From NCBI RefSeq assembly GCF_006345805.1, contig NC_043007.1:51646001-51710000 (forward strand): a stretch of 64,000 nucleotides of DNA, read 5' to 3'. Below the pieces are notes generated by a model. The model ran no database searches and was not told where the DNA came from. It saw nothing but the letters and a program-made list of their open reading frames with translations. The position numbers and the translations under genes are program-made. This DNA is from Octopus sinensis (taxonomy: Eukaryota). Below are positions 26,531 to 40,229 of the stretch, piece after piece. The first letter of the stretch is position 1. Every line of letters begins with the position of its first letter.

Positions 26531-27100
26531 GTATATATATATATGTATATATACACACATGTGTGTGTGCGTGCGCATACATAGATATACATGCATACAT
26601 CAATTTATTTAATAGGTGATTCTAACAGGGGTAGTTTTGTAACATTTATGAGGAGAAAGAGAGGGGATAGAAGGGGAGAGTGGGAGAGAGAGAGAGAAAT
26701 GAAGTTAGGGAAATGATAGATGGTGACGGAGATACAGGATTACAATCAATCAATCACATGTATTAGTGTTATAGATTAAATCTTATATATACGCCCATCC
26801 AGGGCCCATACACAGACACATACAATACACACACACACATACACACATTCACACACGCGCATGCACACACACCCCTACACACGCACACACGATACCCTCA
26901 ACGTACACTTACATACAAACGTACAAGCATACACACCCAGAGTCACCAGTGAACTCATTACAGTTTGGGTAGTTACAAATTCTCAGACACAACTACACGC
27001 ATTGAATCGTGCACACACACGTACACACACACACACGCACACACACACACATATACATATAAATATACATATATATATAGATAGATATAGATAGATAGAT

Positions 27101-27432
27101 TAAAAAAAAAAAGACTCCGCCGGTTACGACGACGAGGGTCCCAGCTGATACGATCAACGGAACAGCTTGCTCGTGAAATTAACGTGCAAATGGCTGAGCA
27201 TTCCACAGACACGTGTACCCTTAACGTAGTTCTCGGGGAAAATCAGCGTGACACAGAGAGTGACAAGGCTGACCCTTTGAAATACAAGTACAACTCATTT
27301 TTGCCAGCTGAGTGGACTGGAGCAACGTGAAATAAAGTGTCTTGCTCAAGGACACAACGCGTCGCCGGGAATCGAACTCACAACCTTACGATCATGAGCC
27401 GAATGCCCTAACCACTAAGCCACGCGCCCTCA
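27101..27432 (-). mobile_element. tRNA-headed SINE, family 4, A-tailed
   Basis: Minus strand gtggcttagtggttagggcattcggctc..gagttcgattcccgg then tgtgtccttgagcaagacactt, ending in a T/A run. Confidence 0.85.
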
Positions 27433-28086
27433 CCAAATAGATAGATATGTATATATACACTCTCACACCTACGTACAAAAACAAGGACACTCATACACAG
27501 CTTCATACTTATTCTTATACAAAATCCCACATTTAGTGTTTTAGGGAGCTAAGAGATATTTTATACTTTTCAGTATTTGTTATTGGTGGGTGGTGGATGG
27601 GTAGTTGTTGTTGCTGTGGTTGTAGTGGTCGTGGTTTTGGTTGTGCTTGGTTGTAATCTTCGGCCCTCGACCACCCTTAATCGAGCACACCTATGATCAA
27701 AGACACCCCACCGATGACCACGACGTCTATGTGGAGCAAGCCATTGTCTTCAGGACATTCAAAAGATTGTGCCAAACGCTGCTGTTTTGCAATAATGCAA
27801 AAATTTAAGACAATGACAAAAACAAGAATAATAAAGGATGAAGTAGAATCAAAACTAATTATAAGACATAAATGAAATTAGTTGTCAATGTCTTAAAGTG
27901 AAGTTAACAGTTTTTTCGGGTTTCTACGTTTGTAGACTTTTAATTTCTGGATCGATAGCTAGCGGTCTCTTGTCTCCACATAATCTGAGAGCAAACACAG
28001 ACAAATTATATCGAAGACATATATACATACGAGTATATACACACGTTCGCACATACATAAACATATACATACACATACGTATACAT

Positions 28087-28140
<54 letters not shown>

Positions 28141-30387
28141 GCAAAAAAGAAACTAAAGAGCAACAACAAAAGCAAAACCAAACTAACACACAACATACTG
28201 ACACCTTTCAGTGAAAATAGAGACCAACAATGAGGACAACATCAGCAATAACGTTAACAACAGTAACAATATAATCAATAAAGGGAAGCAACAACAATAA
28301 GAAGAAAAATATGAACAACGTGAACAACGTCTACGACAATAATGAGACGTCGACAGCGACGACGACGATGGCGACATCAACATCAACAATAATAAAAACA
28401 TTTACCAAATCCATGATTTTTCAGTCGGTCAAGCCAAATTTGCTATGATTGTTGTTGATGATAGCGATGTTCCCTTTGTAGATAATTTCAGGAGGAAACC
28501 ACTTTATTTAGAAAAAACAGTTCTTTCTCATACCGGGGAATGTTTTAAGATTTGTTTTCTAAACATATTTTTGCTTCTTGTTGACATACCCGTTACACAA
28601 ATGATTTCTACAGCAACAAGCGTGACCCCTACACTAACTCACTGACACATAAATGTAATAATGAACAGAACACTCATTCAAACCAACCATTGAAAGCGAG
28701 TCCTTTCGAAAGTAAAGCCTACGGTATTGCCAGTTTGATATCCTAGGAATAAAAAAGCTGGAATTGTAAAGAATGCTCTCTCTCTTACATTTGTACCCCA
28801 ATCCACGAGCCGTAAAAATATAGGGCTAAAAGATCGGGGGCATTTCCGGTTTGTTGTCACCTTTATATAGCAATATGGCGTAATCAGTGCGGAAAGAAAA
28901 AGCAAGATCGATTTACAAGTTCTAATGATTCCTGAAAGCCACAGAAACAAAGGTACAGGACAAAAAGTCGTGAGAGCTAGATCCATTGCAGAGCGTTTCC
29001 TGAAAACCATGGAAACAGAAGAGAAAGCGGTCGAATGCAGCACACCCAGTTTTAACGGCATCAAAACACCATCGACAGTCACACGACTATTTGCAATCCT
29101 GACTATTTGTGATCCGAAAACCCAGCTCATCCTCGGAGCCAAAACGGAGACAATCAATCTCAGCTCCCAGCAATAGTACACACAGAGCATTGTAATAGTG
29201 AGAAGACGGAAAAACGACAAACCACTAATGAGAGCATCAGAAGTAAACAAAGAAAGCAAACAACTCCAAAAGAGAAAAGTAAGCGGAAGCAGAAGATGAC
29301 CAAAATGTTCAAGATGCTACCCCTACATCACTAATATGGTTTTTTACGGCGTTTCCTACTAGATGGAGACAACTAAAAGATTTACTGGAAGAATTTGTAA
29401 ATGTCAATATGGAGATATGAGAAGTAATGTGATACTGCTCAATGGAACAGGCAAAAGATCGGCTTTTCGTTTGAGTAATGTTTCATGTTTAACAAAATGT
29501 TACACTTAAACAACTGCCGAGACGTGGAGCTTTGTTTCTTCTTCTGATAATCAAAATGTTCCCGGGCCGTATTGAACCGTAAAATTTCCTGTGAAGATAG
29601 AGCTGTGTGAAGCTCTGACGTAATCTAGGGCGGCGGCGAGGAGAACTTAATTTCTTTAAAAATATTTTCTTTTCATTCTTGTGTTTTCATCCAATTTTCT
29701 ATTTTAGACTTATGTTGTATAACATCCTCAGAACTCCGCCTAAATAATTTTGTTTGTCCAGCTTCACATATGTTTGTAACCCCACTGTATCCTCCCATAT
29801 AGTAAATTTTTCACCCAGCAAGAATATGAGTGAGAGGGTGTGAGTAGAGTGTCTCCGAGAGTGAAACAGATAAAATGAGAAACAGGACGTGTTTTAATGA
29901 AGTTCAGTAATAAAGGATAACTATATGTGAATGCTTGTGTGTGTATGTTTATGTATGTGCTTGTTTGTGTTTGTGTATTTGTGTGTGTATGTTTGTGTTT
30001 CTGCTTGTATTTATGTTTGTTTTATGCGTTTGTGTATATGTAACTGTATTTGTCTGTGTACGTGTCTTTGTGCTTGTGTTTATGTGCGTTTGTATTGTTA
30101 AAGGTAAGGCAATAAGGATTGTTGATAGTTTGGTGAGAAAGAGGGTATGGAGGGAGAGAGATAGAAAAAGAAAAAGATGTGCGTTTGTAGGTGTATATGA
30201 ATGTGTGCTTGTTTATGTGTGCGTGTGTGTGTATGTGTGTGTTTAAACAGTGCGACATGCACACAAATTATAAAGTGGACGTGTTTTCGAATGTTTAGGG
30301 TATTGCTCTGTATGATTTGATAATTATCACTTGAACAGCAACTTGAACCAGTTTGAAGGTTGAGGAAGTAGAGAGAAAGAGAGAGAT

Positions 30388-30422
<35 letters not shown>

Positions 30423-30794
30423 AAAAGAAGAAGAAGAAGAAGAAGAAGAAGAAGAAGAAGAAGAAGAAGAAGAAAAGTGAAATAACAAAAAAACAATGAA
30501 ACTATTTAAAAGAAAGCGTAAAACAAGAGAAGTCAGCAATAAAAAAAAAACATGAACGAGAGAAAAATATCAAAAAGGAAGGATGGCGAATGAATGGAAG
30601 AAATGAGTGTAAAATAGAAAAATAAGACATATACACACGTGTATATGTGCGTGTGCATGCATACGCGCACACATGTATATAGATTGGCACCCACCATAAA
30701 CACGTACGCACAAACACACGAACACACACGCACATACACACACAAACACATACACGCACACTTATATGTATACACACACAATAATAAATAATTG

Positions 30795-31000
30795 GATAAC
30801 TTAGGATAAAATATTTGACAAATACGGTAGCTTAAGTTTTAATAGAAAGAGAAAGTGTCTTAACGTTTCGGAAGTTAGTCCTTCATCAGAAGGAAGAAGA
30901 GAAATATAGAAGGAATGGTAAAGAGTAATAGTCAATGAGAAAGCGGACGAATGGTTAGAGACCAGGTGACAACAAGGCGTATAGTTAAGAAACGAGGAAG
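30795..31000 (-). mobile_element. Penelope-like terminal segment with minimal hammerhead motif
   Basis: Minus strand CTT-CTGATGA-A-GGA-CTAACT-TCC-GAAAC-GTT-AAG at 30859-30892. Confidence 0.6.
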
Positions 31001-31276
31001 TCACGAATGTGTAAATGTAACCATGAGAATGTACCTATGTCGAGAAGCGAACATAAGGGAAAATGGTGTGTCTATATATTTATCGAGATGCCCGAGTATA
31101 GAAACATAATGGCGTGGTAAGTAAGGTGTGGGGTTGAGCTTCTCACCCCGCGCACACATATACGCACGCATATGCACACACACACACGCACATACACACA
31201 CATACATACATGCATACATACATACATACATACATACATACATACATACATACATACATACATACATACATACATT

Positions 31277-31520
31277 ACCTAGTGGTTAGGGTGTTACACT
31301 CACGATTGCGAGATGGTAGTTTCAATTCCTAGACTGGGTGATGCGTTGTGTTCTTGAGCAAAACATTTCATTTCACGTTGCTCTGCGATCATTTCGACAC
31401 TTGATATATGGTACACCGTGCACCTGTTCAGGCAACGTTGATTTGATGGGGAGAGGGAGCTAATGTGCAGCACATACCTTTGATCATTATAAAGAAATCC
31501 TTTGTGCAGGTCGCTTGACA
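31277..31520 (+). mobile_element. SINE related to family 4
   Basis: tagtggttagggtgtt.cactcacgat..gttgtgttcttgagcaaaacatttcatttcacgttgctc. Confidence 0.7.
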
Positions 31521-32538
31521 AAATCTGAACACTTTTCGATGGGAGAATCCATCTTATATGTATATATACGCAAATAGCACAATTTTATGGTAGGGGGTAA
31601 GTCAATTATTTCAACTGCAATGTCGATGTATCTCCACCGTGGTATTGAGGACAACGTAACACGTTCTTTTTTTCAACTACAGTTATCTCTTGTAGACCCG
31701 GACAGTTATCTCTTGTAACCACACCAACCATGTAGTCACCACATCAACTATGTACCAACGGCTTTGTTTACTCTTGGCTGAGTATTTGTATTCATGTATG
31801 TATGTTTACATGCAAGCATGTATGTATATATGTATGCATGTTTTTTTTATTTGTATGTAAGTATGAATGCCTATATGCATGCATGTGTGTATGTATGCAT
31901 GAATGCCTGTACGTATATGTGTATGCATGTATGAATGAATGCATGTATGAATGAATGCATGTATGCATGTATGCATACATGAATGTATGTATGCATGCAT
32001 GTCTGTATGCATGTATGTATGTATGCATATATATATATTCACGTATGTATGTATGTATGTATGTATGTATGTATGTATGTATGTATGTACGTATGCATGC
32101 ATGTATGTATGTATGCATGCATGTATGTATGTATGCATGCATGTATATATGTATGTTTTCTTTTCTCATGTTAATGTAGAATTAATTCTGACTGACCACC
32201 TACTTTTGAGCAAGGTAGTGGTGGAAAGCATCTTATTTTGTTCAACATTTAATTCTTAAGAAAGTATTACATTTCTTTATTGTCCCAGATACCATGATTA
32301 TTTGTAGCGTATGGATTAGAGTGGCATTCCTCGCCAAGAACCCAAGTTTAGTCAAACTTTGTTTCAGGTGGGACGGTAGATATTTTCTTCATTCAGTAAT
32401 AACAGGTGTGAAGCTGAAAATGCATCTTGGCAATTGGATTTTCAAACACCTTGTCAATAGTCCACAGACGCTCTCTTTCTCCTCTAATTTTTCGATTACA
32501 TTGGCGTTCAGTGAGCAGCTGATTTTCGCAACAGAATA

Positions 32539-33242
32539 CAGTAATCCCTCGACTATCGCGGGTGTTATGTTCCAAAACCCCACCGCGATATTGAAAATCC
32601 GCGAAGTAGAAACAGTACTATATTGTATATTTCTTTTATTATTTTTATAATTTCTATATATTTATTTTATTATAAACTAGCAGTATCGCCCGGCGTTGCT
32701 CGGGTTTGTAAGGGAAATAACTATATAAGCATTTTTAGAGAGTTACTTCCCTTATAGATGCCAATTCGGGCTTTCTTAGCCATTTCTGTTTTGGTGTCTT
32801 CAAGCCATGAAGTCGTTGTTCTAAAAGAACGCTGGTCTCCTTGACAACGCTTTACGACGTTGATTTCCTTACACTCCCTTCCCCACAGCTTCACGAGGGA
32901 GGGAAGAAAGGGGAGAAGCAAACAGGTGCAGATGTGAGCGTGGACGCCAACTCCGCCGCCATCGACACACGAAAAATTATGCATTAAAATGGAATAAAAA
33001 ATGATGTTAAATTATTTTTAAAATCGTAGACTCATCGTAGACGCGCGCTAATAGCCAGACGGGCTCGATATAACGACTATAAGATACCTGAATTTGGTTA
33101 AACTGCACCGCAAAATGTGGGAGTAGTTAGGAATCTAAATCAGTTTTATATATATAGATGTAAAATGATAACACGGAGGAATCAGTGTAAGCTTAAATAA
33201 TAAACCGCGATAGGTGAACCGCAATATGGCGAGGGATTACTG
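32539..33242. mobile_element. Tigger/pogo-type MITE (about 222 bp net of the nested Helitron)
   Basis: TIRs CAGTAATCCCTCG / CGAGGGATTACTG with TA on both sides. Confidence 0.9.
32677..33158 (-). mobile_element. Non-autonomous Helitron, family B (482 bp)
   Basis: Minus strand A^TCTATATATATAAAACTG ... same hairpin and CTAG^T as 24754-25051, with about 170 bp of extra interior. Confidence 0.85.
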
Positions 33243-36200
33243 TATATTTCTTTTAGTCTCACACAACATTTGGCCGGTTGTGTTTTAATTTAGTGTCTGT
33301 TTTATCTTTATGTTCCACCAATATTCTTTTGACCATTCAGCTTCGATATAGCCAACTTTCATTTTATTCTTGTCCCATTCCAGACTGTTCTAGCCACATC
33401 TTCATATCTCATAGGAAAATAATATCTAGAAAACATTCTCTCACAGCTGACAATAATGTGGTTAATGTCTTCAGTTTTAGTTTTGTACTTCCTACATTTG
33501 TTATCTATCAATACTTTCTACTTTTTATGTCGCAGATACTTCGTAGGGATCTCTTGTTCTTGAATCGCATGGAGGTAGCCTTCAAAATGGAATGTCATAA
33601 ACATGTCAGTATTCCATACCAAACTTTTATATAAATTATTCCCTGTATGGCTTAGGTCTTTCGTACTATATTCCCATACACTACTTCAAGTGATTCTGCA
33701 GAAAATCTGGGTTTTTTTTTAATATTTTATCATGATAGGTAGAATTTACCAGCGCTCTTCAGGGAGAAATCTACACCAGCTCTTATTTCATGACTCTCTT
33801 CAAGTTCATTATTTATCCTGATGATGTTTTCGTGCTCGCAAACTTTGATAAAATAGTTACTGGCTTCTTTCCTCTGCGGCAGATATTACTCTAGTGTCAA
33901 AATACGTGCGCTGTAGGACATCAATACAGATTTAAAACCATAGCTATAGGTATGCATGGATGTATGTGTGCGTATTCCATCCTACCAGGAAGTACTAACA
34001 CATTGATACCTCATATAACTCTCTAAATACTAACAATTCACTTCAAATATGTTTCCCATGACGTACTTAATAAATAAGAACGTTTTTACCACGTCATAAC
34101 GTCATGGCATCTCCTCTTTATTGCATTAGAACTTGTTAATTGTAGTATTTTCTGCGGATTCACCTCAAGTTTTTCTCCATGTAAAACATTACAGGACATA
34201 GTCTTCTGTCCATTCTTCTTGCATTGTTGTCTTGCTGCAATATTAACGATGTCCAGAAATTGGAACCAAGAATATAAGGCAAAGTTTCCCTTTCACGCTG
34301 CCAAAAATATGTTCCATTAATGTGTAAATACCACATTGACAGTAGTTAGTGTCGGTCCACTATTTAAGGTTTAGTAAGAATGGAAATGCATCTTACATTG
34401 ATCTCACCACGAATCGCAGCTATCTGACTTCATTTTCAACAATATTTTCCAGCGCAGCTTCCTTCACTCTACTCTCTCTTGTGCAGTTCATGCGCACGGG
34501 CTTACCTCACTGATTTTGTCCCGCTCACTTCATCTTCTCTCTAACCATGATACCTTTATATACACTCGCAGAATAAACATTTGTTTTGTATCTGTTTAAG
34601 TTATGTTTTTGTTTTTTTGCACAGATTCTATATTCGTGTGTGTGTGTGTGTGTGTGTAGCAAGGCAAAGAGAGAGAGAGTAAGAAAGGAAGAAACAAGAC
34701 AAAAGAATGATATACTCCATTACTCAATTTCTGCAATTGCTATCCACAAATCACATCAAAAGTGGACATCTCACTCCATCTCTCCCTATGCTACTATTTG
34801 TTATTGCTGCTATTGACGTTGCATCTGCTCTGCTGCTGCTGCTGTTCTTGTTGTTGTTGCTATTATTGTTATTCATTTAAACCCTGCCGGCGCTTCCTCC
34901 TCTGAAGCAGCCATGAAACAAATTTTTAAATCAGTTTCAGTTTTGCTTCAAATATTCTTTGAGGTAAGATCTTCTCTAAGTTTTAAAATATCAGAAGCGG
35001 TTAGCCTTACTCACAGATCCCCATCCTTACTGTATTTTGCTTTGTTCCTTCAGGTTCCTCGAATAATTTTCAGATCTAATAATCTCAGTAAATCTATCCC
35101 ATATTGATACTCACCATTTTCTTCTTTCTCTGTCCTTTAATTTATTTCAATCGTAATTATCTTTCTAGAAACCCTGAAATATTGACGGGGTGCAACATTA
35201 GTAGACATTACTTTGTTTCATTTCACTAATATCCTCGGTTTTGACTTCACTTTTGCTGTCATTTTATAATTCCCAGTGATTAAGATTTATTTATTTTGTT
35301 AACATGAAGCACTTAGCGGGATTTCTTATCTCTGAAAACAGAAAAGATGTTATGTTGGTTTTTTATTTCGCGAGATAAACAGAAATTGTTTCTGGAAAAC
35401 GCCCTTCATCGTTAGAATCTACTTTAAGTGAAGACATAACAACACACAGCTCTATAGTTTAGATTTCCAACACTATTCCACCCAGCACAATAATATTTAC
35501 GTCCTTGGAAGTCAATGACTAGCTCTACAAATGGTCACTGCTCGACTTGCAAGAAATAACAGCCAAATCTCTGGCAAATCATGCACTCTCATCTTTGAAA
35601 TAAAAAAAAAGTATTAGACAATGTAGTCCTAGATATATAATAGATGAAGAAGGATGAAATGATTACAGCTGCAGTGTCTTCATCACAGGCTAAAACAACT
35701 TGATTTCAATTTTAATACGCCCCCTCCCCCACCTATTCTTTAATTTATAATTCTAATCTCTAAACATATTTGTTTTGCTGTGAACTAAAGCCATATTGTA
35801 AGGTGTGCTGTATATATCACTTGCGTCGTGAATGCAGTTCTTTGAAGATTTTATTGATTTGGAAAACATTGACTGAGATTAGTCAAGCCGTTCTCACACA
35901 CAGAATATGATGTAAATACTCATAGTTTTGTGGTGTAGTCCTTATATAGTCGATTCAGTACAATATTCTCTGTCTAGGATAAGCCGTGAAGTCGAAAGGA
36001 AATTCTTAATTGATTTAATGAAGGCGGATTAACAAGGTGATTTTCACAAACTGTACAGGTTTATAGCTAAGATATGAAGTCCTACAATCTCAACTAACAT
36101 TTTATAGACGATTCAGTAAATTTTCCTCAGAGCTACAACGACAAGAAACATGACGAATTCAAAATCAGAAAACATTAGCTGTTTGATAGTGAAGAAGTAT

Positions 36201-36586
36201 TTAAACTGTAATTATATAGAGAAAAGTTCACTACGTTCTTGTATAATGCTTTGTGGAACTCTTCTCATATTTTCGAGCAAAGTTGTAGTTTCCAAAACCA
36301 TCGCTCAAAAGCTTTCTACTCAAAACCATCATCGACCACAGATATTCTCCCCAAGACCTCCGTTTACAGGTGTTGTATCCAAATCATCGACCTCGTTATT
36401 CTTTTTTTTTTTTTCGTTGGTACTGTATATCTTGAATTATATTGTTTAAAGTGCGCTTCTTATACTTTAAGATTGTCGGCTGTGATATGAAAGATATGAC
36501 TGCTATTACTAGCATGTCGAGTGACTGAAATGATCGTGATTTGGAGTGGAGTTAAGTAAATTTGCAGCGAGGAAAAGTGTACCTTC

Positions 36587-37170
36587 ACACTTATAATATT
36601 GATTTCAAATTCCCAGTGCTCAACTTGTGCTTATTTTAACTCAGATTGACGAAATGTCGCTAAGCATATTACTCGGTGTATTAACAATTCTATCAGCTCG
36701 CCACCCTACTTCACACTTATGATAATGATTTCTAATTTTGGTACCAGAGCTGCAATTTTGGGGAAGGGGGTAAGTCGATTACATCGACCCCGGTAACCAA
36801 CTGGTATTTTTTTTTATTGACCCAAAAGAATGAAAGGCAAAGTCGACCTCGGCGAAATTTGAAAGCAGACCGTAAAGACTGACGAAATACGGCTAAGGAT
36901 TTCTGCCTTGTGTTCTAACGATTCTGCCAGCTCGCCACCTCCTTAACATTTATAATATTGGTTTCAAATTTTGGCACAAGACCAGCAGCTTCGAGGAGGA
37001 GGTAAGGTCGTTACATTGACCCCAGTACTTGACTGGTACTTATTTTATAGACTCCGAAGGGATGAAAGACAAAATCGACGTCGACGAAGTTTGAAATCAG
37101 AACGTAAAGATGAGCGAAATGCCACTAAGCATTCTGCCTGGTGCAATGATTCTACAAGCTGGCCGCCTCC
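36587..37170 (-). mobile_element. Three tandem, diverged SINE family 2 units
   Basis: Repeating ..ataat.ttgattc.aa.ttt.g..c and aacgattct.ccagct.gcc.cc at about 36587, 36712 and 36946. Confidence 0.7.
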
Positions 37171-37463
37171 CAAACACTGCTAAGAAAATATTTACCGCCT
37201 TGTAAATGAAATCCTAAAATCAAATTTAATTAAAATTAATAGTTTTATGCAAATAAGTTTACTTCTATTCAGGCTTCTACTAATTACATTTGCTGGTCCT
37301 TTTTCATTAAGTCAGGTGAAGGACTAGCAAGACCTTTCTTTACTCGTTCTGGTTCTCTGCACTCCGAGCACAACAAAAGTCAGCATTAGCTTTCTTCCCT
37401 TCGGGGTCGATAAATATATTACTAACATTGCGGCCTATTCTTTTACTTCCCCCTCTCTCTCTT

Positions 37464-37502
<39 letters not shown>

Positions 37503-39592
37503 ATTTCTATTCAACTATTCATTATATCTCATCTATCTATGTGTTGTCTACTTCCTAGTGTTAACCGCGAAGGAACTGATCAAATAAAGGGAGGTGAGAG
37601 TTATAATTCTGAATTGTTAGAGAACAAAGTAAACGAGAAAAAATGGGGGGAAAAATGAAGATAATTAACAAATAAAACAAAACAAAAGATAATAAGGAAT
37701 GAGTGAGAGTGGGAAAGGCAATGTATGACCGTTCTTTAGAATCCCCTCACTAGTGTGGAGAAAGTGGCGAGAAAAAGAAATGGTAGAAGAAGAAAGAGAA
37801 AAGAAGGCGACGTATCGAGAGATCGAATTATCCTCAGGGTAGAGATCTGATCCAAATGCTGGCTCCAGAATGGCCTTGTGTGAAGACATCGAAGTAACAT
37901 TTAGTGGGTATTGAACTGAGCGATGAATTAAGTCCAAGGTTAAATGGAAAATACCACGAAAGAAATAAAGTAAAGACGTATACAAAAGAACAAAGCATTG
38001 TCCTAGAGAGAGGAATGTGACAGGGAGGCGATCATGTATTTCTTCAGAGTAATAGCAGGTCAACGAGATTTTAAAATTTTCTGGAGATATTGTTTAACTT
38101 AATGACTGTCCTGATCGAACAGACCTATGATCAAAGCCTTCCCAGCCGTGACTTTTGTTATTGTCAAATATACAGCGGCTAGAAATACAATACACAATAT
38201 TATACACATTTTATAAATGATAGAAGGAGATATTTCTTGCAGGTCGAGTAGCGTCTTAAAGGCTCTCGTGTTTGACTCGAAAAGTCAAACCCGTCATCAT
38301 GCCGACATTGTTCTATATATTTTCTAAGAATATGTTAAGAGTATAAGGAAATAGATATAGTGACATTCAGCCCTTTTTTTATATAATGGTTATGAAATTG
38401 TTTTAATGGCGACCCAAAATCGGTACTCCAAGAATCGATTTAACTGGCATTTAGCTGTCGTTCTACAATGGTGGGACCAAACTAGAAGCAAGATGTAACT
38501 AAGGCAGAAGAAATGTTGAGCAGAAAGAATATAGCATCTCAAATAACAAGGAATGACAGCATGGATTAATAAATGAAAGAATGACGAAAGAAGAATACAA
38601 AGCAACAAGAAAATAAGTCTAGGAACAAAAAATTATAAAACGAAAGATACTAAGAGAAAACATGATTAAGAACACTACAAAAATAATAATTATGATAAAA
38701 AGAAACTTACTATGTATACTATATAAAGAATCGGCCATTTTGATTCAGTCATTTCTCAGCAGACGACACATAAATAAATGGCTTCCGGTGATTGATTACA
38801 TGAAAATTTATTCAAATTGGAAACGGGTTTTATGTAAATAAGTTTCGTTCATAAATCACTGGAGCAGGAAGTTATGCTTAGGTGATACACGGGTGGTCCA
38901 TTTATAATCACACCCTTAATAGCTAGTTAGGACTATGCTTCGAGAGTCCCGCGAAAAATGGATTTCACAATCAAGTGACACAAACCATTATTTAAAATTG
39001 ATATGTGTTTGGTTAATCTTTGTTACTCTAGGAAAATAACATGTGTGCTTGTAAGTATTTATGCTTGTGTGCGTGTGCGTACGTGTATGTGTATATTGGT
39101 ACAAATATGCATACACAAACACATACACACAAACATACACACATGTATGTGTGTGAGAGTTTGTATGTATATATGTGTAAGTGTGGGCATGTATGTATGT
39201 GTGTGTGTATTCGAGTAGGTATGTATCAATGTATGTTTTTTTGTTCTTTGTTGCTTTTTGTTGGATTTTTAATACTTTCACGTAAAGTAAAATTGTTGCA
39301 CGTATGCAAATTCGTTTCATTCTCAGAACAGGAACATAGTATGTTTTGTAGGATTTCATATGTGAAAGTGTGTGTTCGCGCGCGTATGCGTTTCTTTGTG
39401 TGTTTGTGTCATACGTCTGGTGGTATAATGTTTCATTAGACAAAACATAGGCAGAGTCTGAGAAAACTGGCGTTAATTGAAACATCCTATGTTGAGTGGT
39501 GAACTGACTTGTCCAACTATATTTCCACATGCACACATATACACACACGCATGCACACATACGTACATTCATACACACACACATACACACAC

Positions 39593-39673
<81 letters not shown>

Positions 39674-40229
39674 ATATATATAATATATATATATTATATA
39701 TATATAATATATATATATATATATTATATAAACATACGCACAATGGCGCGCGCGTGTACACAGACACACACACACACACATGAATGTAAGCATGAGCTAC
39801 TGCTGGTCAGTAAAAACTTATCTTAAATTTAGTATAATTGCACTTCGGCATGCCTGCATGACATGTGTGTATGTTATTGTTCAGTTTTATTTCAAGATTT
39901 CTTGCCAATACAGAAAGAGCGTATGTATGTACGTACGTACGTATGTATGTATGTATGTATGTATGTATGTATGTATGCATGTATGTATGTATGTATGTAT
40001 GTATGCATGTATGTATGTATGTATGTATGTATGTATGTATGTATATTTTTGTGTTATCATGTGTGCATTTCTCTTATTTTTGCTGTTATTGTTGTATTTG
40101 TATGAAGAACGATACTGTTGCTACCAATTAATCAGAAAATCAAATATATACCACACTCCTCTAAGCGACATTGACGATGCAATGAACGGGTGCGTCTTGA
40201 AAATTACTGCTTCATTTTAAACAAACCTT

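Larger units (their letters stand above)
32240..33915 (-). mobile_element. Old R4/Dong-like (REL endonuclease) LINE 3' fragment, interrupted by a MITE
   Basis: Minus strand FEGYLHAIQEQEIPTKYL..DNKCRKYK..EDINHIIVSC..EYWWN..KHNRPN [MITE] YSVAKISCSLNANV..EKE..LGF..GTIKKCNTFL. Confidence 0.85.

Noticed and set aside
38988-40220. Overlapping YI/VC/HT/MYVC-repeat ORFs (also at about 13000, 18800, 26300, 31900, 54800)
   Set aside because: Artefacts of (TA)n, (CA)n and (ATGT)n tracts.
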